Assembly (NCBI GenBank): GCA_009602735.1
Contig: WELA01002708.1
Span: 186,001 to 250,000, forward strand
Reading direction: 5' to 3'
Length of the DNA: 64,000 nt
From: Mesotaenium endlicherianum
Taxonomy: Eukaryota
Notes under the pieces: generated by a model
Database searches by the model: none
What the model was told of the DNA's origin: nothing
What the model saw: only the letters and a program-made list of their open reading frames with translations
Shown here: in pieces, positions 28,458-37,838 of the stretch
Numbering within the stretch: position 1 is the first letter of the stretch
How the letters are laid out: every line of letters begins with the position of its first letter
Made by a program: the position numbers and the translations under genes

Positions 28458-30341
28458 CTAAACATTCACGATTAATACCGGTATGGGCAGTGCGTGCCTT
28501 ACGTCTTCAATGGTTTCCCCGAAGAGATAATCCTTGAGACCGCTGTGCCTGTGGGCGCCCATCACCAGCAGATCGGCCTTCGAATCCTTCACGATCCGGA
28601 TGATCTCATTCACCCGGCTCCGGTATCCTAATGCGGTCTCTACATGGTAACCCATGTCGCGCAGCTGGTGGGCATAGGCCTCCAAGCGGTTACGGTCGCG
28701 ACGGGTTTCGTCGTCATCGCTGGCCGATCCCAGGTAGCTGGCCGATACGCTTTCTACCACATGCAATAAAATATAGTGGACCGATTTTTTGCCCTGGGTT
28801 ACCGCATGGGCGATGAGCTTTTCATCGGCAATGGAAAAATCAAGCGATACAGCGATCCGCTCTGTGGGTTTCACTACCAGGTTGCGCAGGTTTGCTACGT
28901 CGCCGTGCATGGGAGGAACCTGGCGGCGGGCTTTGTATTTGCGCACCAGGGGCTGGAAAGTCATGATGAGGAACAGCCAGGTAAACCCGGGTATCGCCAG
29001 CGCCACCAGTATTTTCCATATCCAAAGTCCTTCTGAATGGAACAGTTGCGTTGTTTCTTCAGCAACCAATTTTACGTTGAGAATCACCAGGATCAACGCT
29101 ACCAGCCAGGCCAGTACCTTGATGCGCCAGGAAATGGCAAACTCCCCCATCGTTTCTTTATCGCTCACAAAATGGATCAGCGGGATTACGGCGAAGCCCA
29201 GTTGCAGGCTCAGTATCACCTGGCTCAATACCAACAGGTCGTCTACTTTTCCTTCACCATAAATCAATATCACTACTACTGCGGGTATGATGGCAATGAG
29301 GCGTGTGAGCAATCTTCTGAGCCAGGGATTCAGCCGCAGGCGCAGGTATCCTTCCATCACAATCTGACCCGCCAAAGTACCTGTAACGGTTGAGCTTTGT
29401 CCCGCTGCGATCAAAGCCACTGCAAACAACACCGGCGCCAGTCTCGTACCCAACAAGGGTTGCAACAGGCGATGGGCATCTTCAATCCGTGCCACTTGTG
29501 TGTTACCGGTCTTGAAAAAAACGGCTGCTGCCAGCACCATGATGGCAGTGTTCACAAAAAAAGCGCTGTTCAATGCAATGAAACTGTCGATCAGGTTGTA
29601 CCTGATGGCCCGCCATATCCCTGGCTTATCATCACTGATCTTTCTTGTCTGTACCAGCGCCGAATGCAGGTACAGGTTATGCGGCATCACTGTGGCGCCA
29701 ATGATACCTACTGCAATATAGAGTGCATCGTTATCGAGTGCAGAAGGCACGAGGCCGGTTACTACTTCTCCCAGGTGAGGTTCGGCGAGAAACAATTCCA
29801 CCAAAAAAGAACACCCGATCGTAGCCACCAATGCAATGATGAAGGCTTCCATTTTGCGAATGCCGTAACGCTGCAACAAAAGAAAAAGAAAAGTGTCGAG
29901 CAGGGTAATAACGGTACCCCATATCAATGGCAAGCCTGTGAGGAGGTTGATACCAATGGCCATGCCCAGCACTTCGGCCAGGTCGGTAGCGGCGATGGCC
30001 AGTTCGGCCAGGATGTAGAGGCAGAAGTTAACCAGTGGCGGATAGGTCTCGCGGTTGGCTTGTGCCAGGTCGCGACGGCGAACGATGCCCAGCCTGGCGC
30101 TGAGGCCCTGCAGGAGCAAAGCCATTAGGTTGCTCATCAGCAATACCCAAATCAGCTGGTAACCGAAGCGGGAACCTCCCTGCAAATCAGTAGCCCAGTT
30201 ACCGGGATCCATATAACCCACACTTACCAGGTAAGCAGGCCCTATATAGGCCAATATGCGCTTCCACCCTTTGCGCGGGGTGGTAGTATCTACCGATTCA
30301 TGCACTTCACTCAGCGACTGGTCTGTCTGCACCCTGTTCAT
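28458..30341 (-). CDS. mntH: Nramp family Mn2+/Fe2+ transporter with C-terminal universal-stress-protein domain
   Basis: YMDPGNW and MPHNLYLHS Nramp motifs; C-terminal ADLLVMGAH...GETIEDV..ALPIPVLIV USP motif. Confidence 0.92.
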   Translation of the reverse strand: MNRVQTDQSLSEVHESVDTTTPRKGWKRILAYIGPAYLVSVGYMDPGNWATDLQGGSRFGYQLIWVLLMSNLMALLLQGLSARLGIVRRRDLAQANRETYPPLVNFCLYILAELAIAATDLAEVLGMAIGINLLTGLPLIWGTVITLLDTFLFLLLQRYGIRKMEAFIIALVATIGCSFLVELFLAEPHLGEVVTGLVPSALDNDALYIAVGIIGATVMPHNLYLHSALVQTRKISDDKPGIWRAIRYNLIDSFIALNSAFFVNTAIMVLAAAVFFKTGNTQVARIEDAHRLLQPLLGTRLAPVLFAVALIAAGQSSTVTGTLAGQIVMEGYLRLRLNPWLRRLLTRLIAIIPAVVVILIYGEGKVDDLLVLSQVILSLQLGFAVIPLIHFVSDKETMGEFAISWRIKVLAWLVALILVILNVKLVAEETTQLFHSEGLWIWKILVALAIPGFTWLFLIMTFQPLVRKYKARRQVPPMHGDVANLRNLVVKPTERIAVSLDFSIADEKLIAHAVTQGKKSVHYILLHVVESVSASYLGSASDDDETRRDRNRLEAYAHQLRDMGYHVETALGYRSRVNEIIRIVKDSKADLLVMGAHRHSGLKDYLFGETIEDVRHALPIPVLIVNV

Positions 30342-30359
30342 TATGAGTCTAAATTAAAC

Positions 30360-30377
30360 ATTTAGACAAATCTAAAT
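30360..30377. promoter_or_regulatory. Candidate DtxR/MntR-type operator upstream of mntH
   Basis: Palindrome ATTTAGA-CAAA-TCTAAAT 18 nt from mntH ATG; resembles TTAG-N-CTAA DtxR-family boxes. Confidence 0.7.
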
Positions 30378-30477
30378 TATTTTATCGATAACACTGTCCG
30401 CCTAGTCACTTCACGCGAAACGCTTACATTTATGGCATAAAACCGGGCAAAGCAATTATTACACAAACAATATCTGA

Positions 30478-31428
30478 ATGAAAAAATGGATCGCTGGCTT
30501 TTTACTATTGGGCATTTTATCCTGTAAAGAGAAAAAGACCGACTTCTCAGGCGATGTGCCGCTCAAAGCTTCCGATTTTATCGGAGCGTTTCCGAAGATC
30601 ACAACGGTATTCAATGTGACGGATACCAATGTAGGCAAAAAAGCAGATACCCTTACCATCGGCTACAAGGCGCTGGAGCAGTTTGTGCCCGACAGTGCGC
30701 TTGATATACTGACGGGGAAAGATAAGAAGCGCTTGCAGATACACCCTGTTGGATTGATCGAAAAGGACAAGGAAAATTATCTCCTGCTCAATTTCGTTAA
30801 ACGGAACAAGACAACCCTGGGAGTGATCGTGACCGATAAGAAGATCAAATTCCTGGGTGCCAAAGAGCTGTTATCCAATGCCAGGGATGATGGATATACG
30901 CATTCTGTTTCTGTGAACCGCGAGCCCACTTTCATCGTCAGCAAAGAAAGGATGGGGAAAGACAATACCCTGTTGTTTTCACGTACCGGCTGGGTGTTCA
31001 ACAATGCGGGATTGTTCATGGTAGCGATACATGATTCCAATGAAGAACCGCGGAAATCGGCTATCATCAACCCTATTGATACATTGTCGCGTAAAAACAA
31101 GCTCAGCGGCGATTATGTGCAGGATAAAAAGAATTTTGTATCGTTGCGTGACGGAAAAGATCCCAGCCACTATGTCTTCTTCATTCATTTTGAAAAAGAT
31201 GGTGGCAGTTGCACCGGTGAACTGAAAGGCCAGTTGGTTATTCATACACCCAATACAGCACAGTTTTCAGCGAGTGGCGACCCCTGTGTGATCGATTTCA
31301 ACTTTGAAGGCAATACATTAAAGATCAAGGAAAAAGGTAGTTGCGGCAACCATCGCGGCATCAAATGTTTCTTCGATGATTCCTTCCGTAAGAAAAGGGA
31401 ACCCAAAACCGCCCGTAAGCAGGGGTAA
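30478..31428 (+). CDS. Hypothetical lipoprotein
   Basis: Lipobox ILSC; C-terminal Cys residues (CTGELKG, DPC, CGNHRGIKC). Confidence 0.8.
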   Translation: MKKWIAGFLLLGILSCKEKKTDFSGDVPLKASDFIGAFPKITTVFNVTDTNVGKKADTLTIGYKALEQFVPDSALDILTGKDKKRLQIHPVGLIEKDKENYLLLNFVKRNKTTLGVIVTDKKIKFLGAKELLSNARDDGYTHSVSVNREPTFIVSKERMGKDNTLLFSRTGWVFNNAGLFMVAIHDSNEEPRKSAIINPIDTLSRKNKLSGDYVQDKKNFVSLRDGKDPSHYVFFIHFEKDGGSCTGELKGQLVIHTPNTAQFSASGDPCVIDFNFEGNTLKIKEKGSCGNHRGIKCFFDDSFRKKREPKTARKQG

Positions 31429-31545
31429 CCCGAACGATTGTATCAATCTTAAACATGTTTCCCACAGACCAATGTGTATAAAATACATGTTAATTGAAAA
31501 AACCTATATTGCGCAACTAAATTGTATCAAAGCAAGCAACCCATC

Positions 31546-33198
31546 ATGAATTTCAGAAATTTCCAGGTTCCCTATCAGATCAGTGAACAGTACAGCAAGA
31601 AAGCGGCTTATTTTTCTATGGAATTTGCCGTTCATCAACCTTTGAAAATATACAGCGGCGGCCTGGGCTTCCTGGCCGGATCGCATCTGCGCAGCGCCTA
31701 TGAATTGCGGCAGAACCTTATCGGCGTGGGCATTTTATGGAAATACGGTTATTACGACCAGGCACGTAACCAGGACCAGACCCTGCAGGTGACTTTTATG
31801 GAAAAGCTCTACAGTTTTCTGGAAGATACCGGTATTAAATTCCAGATATCGATACATGATCATCCGGTATGGGTGAAAGCCTATTACCTGCATCCGGAAA
31901 CTTTTTGCAGTGCACCCCTGTTCCTGCTGAGCACCGACTTGCCGGAGAACGATTATGTATCGCAAACCATTACCCACCGTTTATACGATGCCAATGTGGC
32001 CACTAAAGTGGCCCAGTTCATCCTGTTGGGCGTGGGTGGCGCGAAGCTGATAGACGAGCTCGGTTTCAACCCCGATGTGTATCACCTGAACGAAGCACAC
32101 GGCATTTCTTCCGCTTTTTACCTGCTCAACAAATTCAAGAGCGTAGAGAAAGTGAAGGAACACCTGGTATTCACTACCCATACGCCTGAAGAAGCCGGCA
32201 ACGAGAAGCACGATATTTATCTCTGTCATAAAATGAGTTATTTCTGCGGACTCAGCATCGATGAAGTGCGCAAGCTCACCGGCATCAAAGACGACCAGTT
32301 CAACCATTCACTGGCAGCACTTCGCTTTGCCCGCAAAGCCAACGGCGTATCTGCTTTGCACGGTCGCGTGAGTCGGGAAATGTGGAAGAACTATGAAGGC
32401 ATTTGTCCGATCGCTTCCATCACCAACGCGCAAAACTGGCGTTACTGGGCCGATAAACAATTGTATCGTTTCCAGGAAGAAGGCAATGATCTTGGGTTCG
32501 ACGACCGCAAAAAATACCTGAAGAAAAGGGCTTTTGAGATCGTTGCCGATCAAACCGGGAAGGTCTTTGATCCGAATGTGCTCACCATTGTATGGGCCAG
32601 GCGTTTTGCCGGCTACAAGCGTGCCGATATGCTCACCTACGATATGGAGCGTTTTGAGGCATTGCTGAATAATCCGAAATACCCTGTACAGATCATCTGG
32701 GCAGGTAAACCCTACCCTGTTGATTACCCGGCCATTTCGCAGTTCAACAACCTGGTACACCTGAGCAAGAACTACAAAAACGTAGCGGTATTGATCGGTT
32801 ATGAACTGGGTTTGAGCAAGCGATTGAAGCAGTCGGCCGACGTATGGCTGAACAACCCGCGTGTACCCCGCGAAGCATCGGGTACCAGTGGTATGACGGC
32901 CGCTATGAACGGAGCCGTGAACTTTTCTACCGATGATGGCTGGATACCTGAATTCGTGAACCATGGCAACAATGGTTTCGTGGTACCCAAGGCCGATTAT
33001 GGCAACATGACCGTACATGACCAGGACGAATACGACCTGCATAAGGTGTATGAAATCCTGGAACAACAAATACTGCCCATCTACTACGATAATTTCGATA
33101 CCTGGAGGCAGATCATGAAAAACGGTATGCGTGATGTGCGTTTCCAGTTCGACAGCAACAGGATGGCGCATGAGTACTACGAGATCATGTATAAATAG
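31546..33198 (+). CDS. glgP: Alpha-glucan phosphorylase family protein (short form; PLP Lys position is Thr)
   Basis: AYFSMEF, YSGGLGFLAG, HLNEAH, FTTHTP, ARRFAGYKRA, EASGTSGMTAAMNG. Confidence 0.9.
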   Translation: MNFRNFQVPYQISEQYSKKAAYFSMEFAVHQPLKIYSGGLGFLAGSHLRSAYELRQNLIGVGILWKYGYYDQARNQDQTLQVTFMEKLYSFLEDTGIKFQISIHDHPVWVKAYYLHPETFCSAPLFLLSTDLPENDYVSQTITHRLYDANVATKVAQFILLGVGGAKLIDELGFNPDVYHLNEAHGISSAFYLLNKFKSVEKVKEHLVFTTHTPEEAGNEKHDIYLCHKMSYFCGLSIDEVRKLTGIKDDQFNHSLAALRFARKANGVSALHGRVSREMWKNYEGICPIASITNAQNWRYWADKQLYRFQEEGNDLGFDDRKKYLKKRAFEIVADQTGKVFDPNVLTIVWARRFAGYKRADMLTYDMERFEALLNNPKYPVQIIWAGKPYPVDYPAISQFNNLVHLSKNYKNVAVLIGYELGLSKRLKQSADVWLNNPRVPREASGTSGMTAAMNGAVNFSTDDGWIPEFVNHGNNGFVVPKADYGNMTVHDQDEYDLHKVYEILEQQILPIYYDNFDTWRQIMKNGMRDVRFQFDSNRMAHEYYEIMYK

Positions 33199-33257
33199 AT
33201 GTTAGTTGTGAGTTGTTAGATTAATTCTAGCAACTGACAACTAACAACTCTCAACTA
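33196..33257. repeat. Heptamer-built inverted repeat, copy C
   Basis: TAGATGT-TAGTTGT-GAGTTGT-TAGA ... TCTA-GCAACTG-ACAACTA-ACAACTC-TCAACTA; begins at glgP TAG stop. Confidence 0.85.
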
Positions 33258-33263
33258 TAATTC

Positions 33264-33271
33264 TATCTTTG
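33264..33271 (+). promoter_or_regulatory. -7 promoter element (TATCTTTG) immediately before ubiX
   Basis: TAnnTTTG 4 nt before ATG 33276, implying a leaderless or near-leaderless mRNA. Confidence 0.6.
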
Positions 33272-33275
33272 GCGG

Positions 33276-33836
33276 ATGAATAAAGTTGCCCTAGCCATTA
33301 CCGGAGCCAGCGGAGCCATTTATGCAAAGCTGTTACTGGATAAGTTGTTATTGCTGAAAACACAATATGCTGAAGTGGGTATTGTGATGAGCAAAAATGC
33401 AGAAGAGGTATGGCAGACAGAATTAGGCAATGATAGTTATCGCAAATACCCTTTCCGTTTTTTTGATAAACATGATTTCAAAGCGCCCTTTGCTTCGGGA
33501 TCGGCGCATTACAATATTATGATGGTAGCGCCCTGTAGTATGGGCACGCTGGGCAGGATTGCAAGTGGTGTAAGTGACGATCTGGTTACCCGTAGCGCCG
33601 ATGTGATGCTAAAAGAAAGACGCAAGCTTATTTTACTGGTGCGCGAAACGCCTTACAACCTTATTCATATCCGGAACATGGAAACAGTAACACTGGCAGG
33701 GGGCATTATTTGCCCTGCCAGTCCTTCTTTTTACAGTAAACCTGTTACCATTGAGGCAGCTGCATCTACTGTAGTAGATCGCATGCTCGATTTAGCAGGA
33801 TTTGAAATTAACAGCTTTCGTTGGGGGAGCGCTTAA
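33276..33836 (+). CDS. ubiX: Flavin prenyltransferase UbiX
   Basis: AITGASGAIY, ASGS, APCSMGTL, RSADV.LKERR, RETP. Confidence 0.93.
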   Translation: MNKVALAITGASGAIYAKLLLDKLLLLKTQYAEVGIVMSKNAEEVWQTELGNDSYRKYPFRFFDKHDFKAPFASGSAHYNIMMVAPCSMGTLGRIASGVSDDLVTRSADVMLKERRKLILLVRETPYNLIHIRNMETVTLAGGIICPASPSFYSKPVTIEAAASTVVDRMLDLAGFEINSFRWGSA

Positions 33837-34879
33837 CTCTTGGCTTTCAGAAAATCGCTCACCAGATAACTGATCAGCTTCCCTGTATCGGCGCTGGTTC
33901 TTCCGTTAGACAACTGTGCAGCGCCTTCACAAATATGCAGATATGCCACTTTGCTGTCTGCTGCCGTAAAATTGATATACTGTCGGGCATGCTGAATGCT
34001 GATACCGGCTGGACTGGAAGCGCTGCTCAACACATTTGCAACTGAATCGAGGTCTATTTCTATTCCACACAGACTATCTTCTGTAAAGCCTGTTGCATGG
34101 CCAATGGCTTGCAGGAAAGTTCTTTTCTCGTGCACGAATATGTCTTCATAAGTAATGCAATCAACAAAGGGATTGTTCACAATATCCATCCATACATTTT
34201 GAGGCAGGTAGTTTTCATGTATGCCCACCACACAATATTTTTCCAGGTAACCATCGGCCTCAGCGTAAGTAAAACCGTTACCGCTGTGCCGGCCTTCCAT
34301 GGGCCTGAAATCGGTGTGGGCATCGAGGTTAATGGCATTGATCTGTGCAATGGGCAGGATACCTGCTTTGTGAAATCCTTTGGCAGCGCCTTTGATGCAG
34401 GGATAAGCATTATTATGCCCACCACCAATGACAACCGGTATCTTTTTATTCTGCGTAATCATATGCACCAACTGCTCCACTTCATCATCGATCATGTTAA
34501 CAGCATGCCGGCGGGCTTCCAGCTTCTCGTCGAAATCATGGGCATTTTGTTCTATCAGGGATTCAATGTCTGAGAAATCAAAATGTCCCAACAGGAGGAT
34601 ATTACTCCCTTCCAGGAAATCATTGCTCTGAATATTCAGGAACGACTGTAAAAAAGGCATCCAGACCGAATCGGCTCCTCCGATACCCATATTGGCTTTT
34701 ACTCCGATGTCTTCGGGTATACCAAACAAAACAAATGGCGCAGTGGACTGTTGCAATGTTGTTTCGAGTAAATGGGGGCCGGCCGATAGCTGCACCCGCT
34801 CTCCGAGCTTGGTTTCATAACGGCGGATTTTTGTGAGAGACAAAACATCCTGCTTGTCGTAGAATTTAAAATGCTTCAT
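33833..34879 (-). CDS. hutG: Formimidoylglutamase (arginase family)
   Basis: GIPEDIGV, GGGHNNAY, NLDAHTDFR, HSGNGF; downstream of hutI. Confidence 0.88.
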   Translation of the reverse strand: MKHFKFYDKQDVLSLTKIRRYETKLGERVQLSAGPHLLETTLQQSTAPFVLFGIPEDIGVKANMGIGGADSVWMPFLQSFLNIQSNDFLEGSNILLLGHFDFSDIESLIEQNAHDFDEKLEARRHAVNMIDDEVEQLVHMITQNKKIPVVIGGGHNNAYPCIKGAAKGFHKAGILPIAQINAINLDAHTDFRPMEGRHSGNGFTYAEADGYLEKYCVVGIHENYLPQNVWMDIVNNPFVDCITYEDIFVHEKRTFLQAIGHATGFTEDSLCGIEIDLDSVANVLSSASSPAGISIQHARQYINFTAADSKVAYLHICEGAAQLSNGRTSADTGKLISYLVSDFLKAKS

Positions 34880-34935
34880 CTTATTAACAGGTTTCCTTTC
34901 CGGTTAAGTTAACATATTCACCCGAAAACATAAAA

Positions 34936-36180
34936 TCACTTTTCTATCCATTCTCCGTTGATCATCACCCTGTCTACCAGGTTCGACCCGAACGCATAAG
35001 GCAAATAAGCCAGCGAAGGGATGGGTTTCGTAAAAATGAGGTTGGCTTTTTTACCTACTGTAATACTACCCAGTCGATCGCCCAATTCCATAGCATAAGC
35101 GCCGTTCATCGTGGCGGCATTGATGGCTTCTTCGGGTGATAGTTTCATTTGTATACAGCTCATGGATACCACCAGGTTCATATTGCCGCTTGGGCTCGAG
35201 CCGGGATTGTAGTCAGACGCCAGCGCTATGGCACAGCCTGCATCTATCAATTGCCTCGCTGGTTGAAAAGGCATGCGCAGAAAAAAGGCGGCAGTAGGCA
35301 ACAATGTACCGATGGTATTGGACGCAGCGAGCACTTTAATGGCATCGGCATCCATGGTTTCGAGATGATCTACCGATAAGGCACCCAATTGTACGCCCAC
35401 TTGTACACCGCCCGAAAGATGCAATTGGTTGGCGTGTATTTTGGGTTTCAATCCTGCCATCATACCTGCTTTACAGATGGTGATGGTTTCAGCCGGTGAA
35501 AAGAATCCTTCTTCACAAAAAACATCGATGTAGTCGGCCAGTTTTTCTTTTGCTATCTCAGGTAACATCTCATGAATCAGGAGATCGATGTATCCCTGGT
35601 GATCATTACGATAAACCAGCGGATAAGTATGTGCCCCTAAAAATGTGGCTTTAACGGGTATGGGTGAAACGGTCTTCAGCTTTTTAATCACCCGCAGCAT
35701 TTTCAACTCTCCTTCCACCGATAAACCATACCCGCTTTTGATCTCAATGGCACCTGTACCCAAGCGGATCAGTTCATATAAACGTTGCAGCGATTGTTCG
35801 AAAAGCTGCTCTTCGGGCATTTCCTGCAGCTTGCGGGCAGAGTTAAGAATACCACCGCCTTTGGCGGCGATGGCTTCATAGCTCATTCCCCTGATCTTGT
35901 CTACAAACTCTTCTTCCCTGCTGGCTGCAAAAACCAGGTGGGTATGGCTGTCGCACCAGGCAGGTAAAACAAAAGCGCCCCGGGCATCAATGACGGTTGG
36001 ATTCGAAAGTTCCTGCTTATCAATGTCTTTCATGAGACCATACGCTGCGATCCTTTCATCATCCAGCAACAAAAAAGCATCTTCTACACAAGGCAGTTCT
36101 CTTAGTGCCGCACCTCTCAAAACAGTACTGGTATTTCTTGTACCGACCAGGCATTTAATGTGGGTAATCAACCTGAGCAT
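34936..36180 (-). CDS. hutI: Imidazolonepropionase
   Basis: DSHTHLVF, GGGILNS, EIKSGYGL, DVFCE, ASDYNPGS. Confidence 0.95.
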   Translation of the reverse strand: MLRLITHIKCLVGTRNTSTVLRGAALRELPCVEDAFLLLDDERIAAYGLMKDIDKQELSNPTVIDARGAFVLPAWCDSHTHLVFAASREEEFVDKIRGMSYEAIAAKGGGILNSARKLQEMPEEQLFEQSLQRLYELIRLGTGAIEIKSGYGLSVEGELKMLRVIKKLKTVSPIPVKATFLGAHTYPLVYRNDHQGYIDLLIHEMLPEIAKEKLADYIDVFCEEGFFSPAETITICKAGMMAGLKPKIHANQLHLSGGVQVGVQLGALSVDHLETMDADAIKVLAASNTIGTLLPTAAFFLRMPFQPARQLIDAGCAIALASDYNPGSSPSGNMNLVVSMSCIQMKLSPEEAINAATMNGAYAMELGDRLGSITVGKKANLIFTKPIPSLAYLPYAFGSNLVDRVMINGEWIEK

Positions 36181-36396
36181 GTACACAATATACCCCCTTT
36201 CCACTTGTTAAACAATCTTGTGCAGATACATGGTTCAAAAGAATGTTGTACATTGCACATATGCATACCTGCAGCAGTTTTGTTTTTTTGACAGCGCATT
36301 TTGCCTGGATGTATCGCGGCCTCAATCCCATGCCCGATCATTAAGTTCATCTGTGTAACAACGGAAAACTTAATTTTTTCATCAACCCAACATTTT

Positions 36397-37833
36397 ATGG
36401 ATCAACTATTATCGGTTACCTCGGAAATCGGTACCCTGAAACGTTTATTGGTTCACAGTCCGGATAGCGGACTGGGAAAAGTAGTACCATCGAAAGCGCA
36501 GGACTGGTTATTTGAAGACATCGTTCACCTCGACACCATTCGCAAAGACGAATACGATTATTACACCAAATTATTACTCTACTTCCTCGATCCTGAAAAG
36601 ATCAATGGGAAACTCAGTACAATTGATGATCCTGCTTCCGACAGAAGTTTTTACAAACCTTGCCACCCTTCTTTTTTTCAATCGGATAAAGTGATAGAAC
36701 TGGAATGGTTACTGGCAAGCATACTGGACAGCCACGAGATTAGGGTAAAACTGGTGGCTTCTGTTTGTGCCATAGAAGGATGCACATACCGTGTGCAACA
36801 GGAACTGCTGAACTATACACCCAACGACCTGGCCAAAACATTTATCACCGGCTCTTCAACAGACAAGCACCTGCTGTTTGCCCCCATTCCCAATTTTATT
36901 TTCACCAGGGATATTGGCATTACCATCAAAGACCACTTCTTGCTCAACAAACCAGCCAAGAAAGCACGCACACGCGAAGCATTACTGGCCAAGTATATTT
37001 TCTTCCATCACCCTTTCTTTGAAAAATGGAAACAGAATATCATTGAGCTGACCGACTCGCACCATGGCTTCCTGTTGCCCAAAGACGATGACGATCGCAA
37101 GATGACGCTGGAAGGCGGCGACATCATGGTAGTAAGCGATAACCATGTATTGGTAGGCGTTAGTGAAAGGACCAGTTCAGAAGCGGCAGCCAGGATCACC
37201 AATATCCTGTTTGAAAAAAACATCGTAGAAAAAGTAACCATCATCCGAATTCCCAAGAAAAGGGATTACATGCATATCGACACGGTATTCACACAAGTAA
37301 AGCGGGATGTGTGGGTGATGCTGGGTAATTTCTCGCGCAAAGTCACCCGCCAGGAAGATGCCAATGCCATTGAACGCGTGCTGGAGATCAAGAAAGAAGA
37401 AAAGATCAAGATCCTGCAATTCCATAAAAAGCAACCTCATCACCCCATTACATTTGAAAGCCTGGAAGACCTGCTGACCGATGTGAGCAAAAATGATCTG
37501 CATTGTGAAGGAGAAGTACAGTTTATTTTCTCGGGAAATAATGAGTTCCCTTATAATGCCAGGGAACAATGGACAGATTCCTGCAACCTGCTGGCCCTGA
37601 AAGAAGGGGTGGTATTGGGATACGACCGTAACGATAAAACAACAGAAGCCTTTCGCAATGCCGGTTTCAGGATCGTTTATGCAAAAGAATTGTTGCAGCA
37701 ATTGGATGCAGGAACAGTGATCATTGATGAAATATCCGATACACTCATACTGATGCCATCGGCCGAGCTTTCGAGAGCCAGGGGTGGATTTCATTGCATG
37801 AGTTTGCCTTTGTGGCGTGAACCTTTACAATAA
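36397..37833 (+). CDS. Arginine deiminase family protein
   Basis: SEIGTL, LFEDI, FTRD, LEGGD, MHIDTVF, ELSRARGGFHCMS; ATG 36397 preferred. Confidence 0.88.
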   Translation: MDQLLSVTSEIGTLKRLLVHSPDSGLGKVVPSKAQDWLFEDIVHLDTIRKDEYDYYTKLLLYFLDPEKINGKLSTIDDPASDRSFYKPCHPSFFQSDKVIELEWLLASILDSHEIRVKLVASVCAIEGCTYRVQQELLNYTPNDLAKTFITGSSTDKHLLFAPIPNFIFTRDIGITIKDHFLLNKPAKKARTREALLAKYIFFHHPFFEKWKQNIIELTDSHHGFLLPKDDDDRKMTLEGGDIMVVSDNHVLVGVSERTSSEAAARITNILFEKNIVEKVTIIRIPKKRDYMHIDTVFTQVKRDVWVMLGNFSRKVTRQEDANAIERVLEIKKEEKIKILQFHKKQPHHPITFESLEDLLTDVSKNDLHCEGEVQFIFSGNNEFPYNAREQWTDSCNLLALKEGVVLGYDRNDKTTEAFRNAGFRIVYAKELLQQLDAGTVIIDEISDTLILMPSAELSRARGGFHCMSLPLWREPLQ

Positions 37834-37838
37834 TACCC

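Noticed and set aside
27547..28461. 304-aa ORF antisense to icd
   Set aside because: Codon-bias shadow of a highly expressed gene
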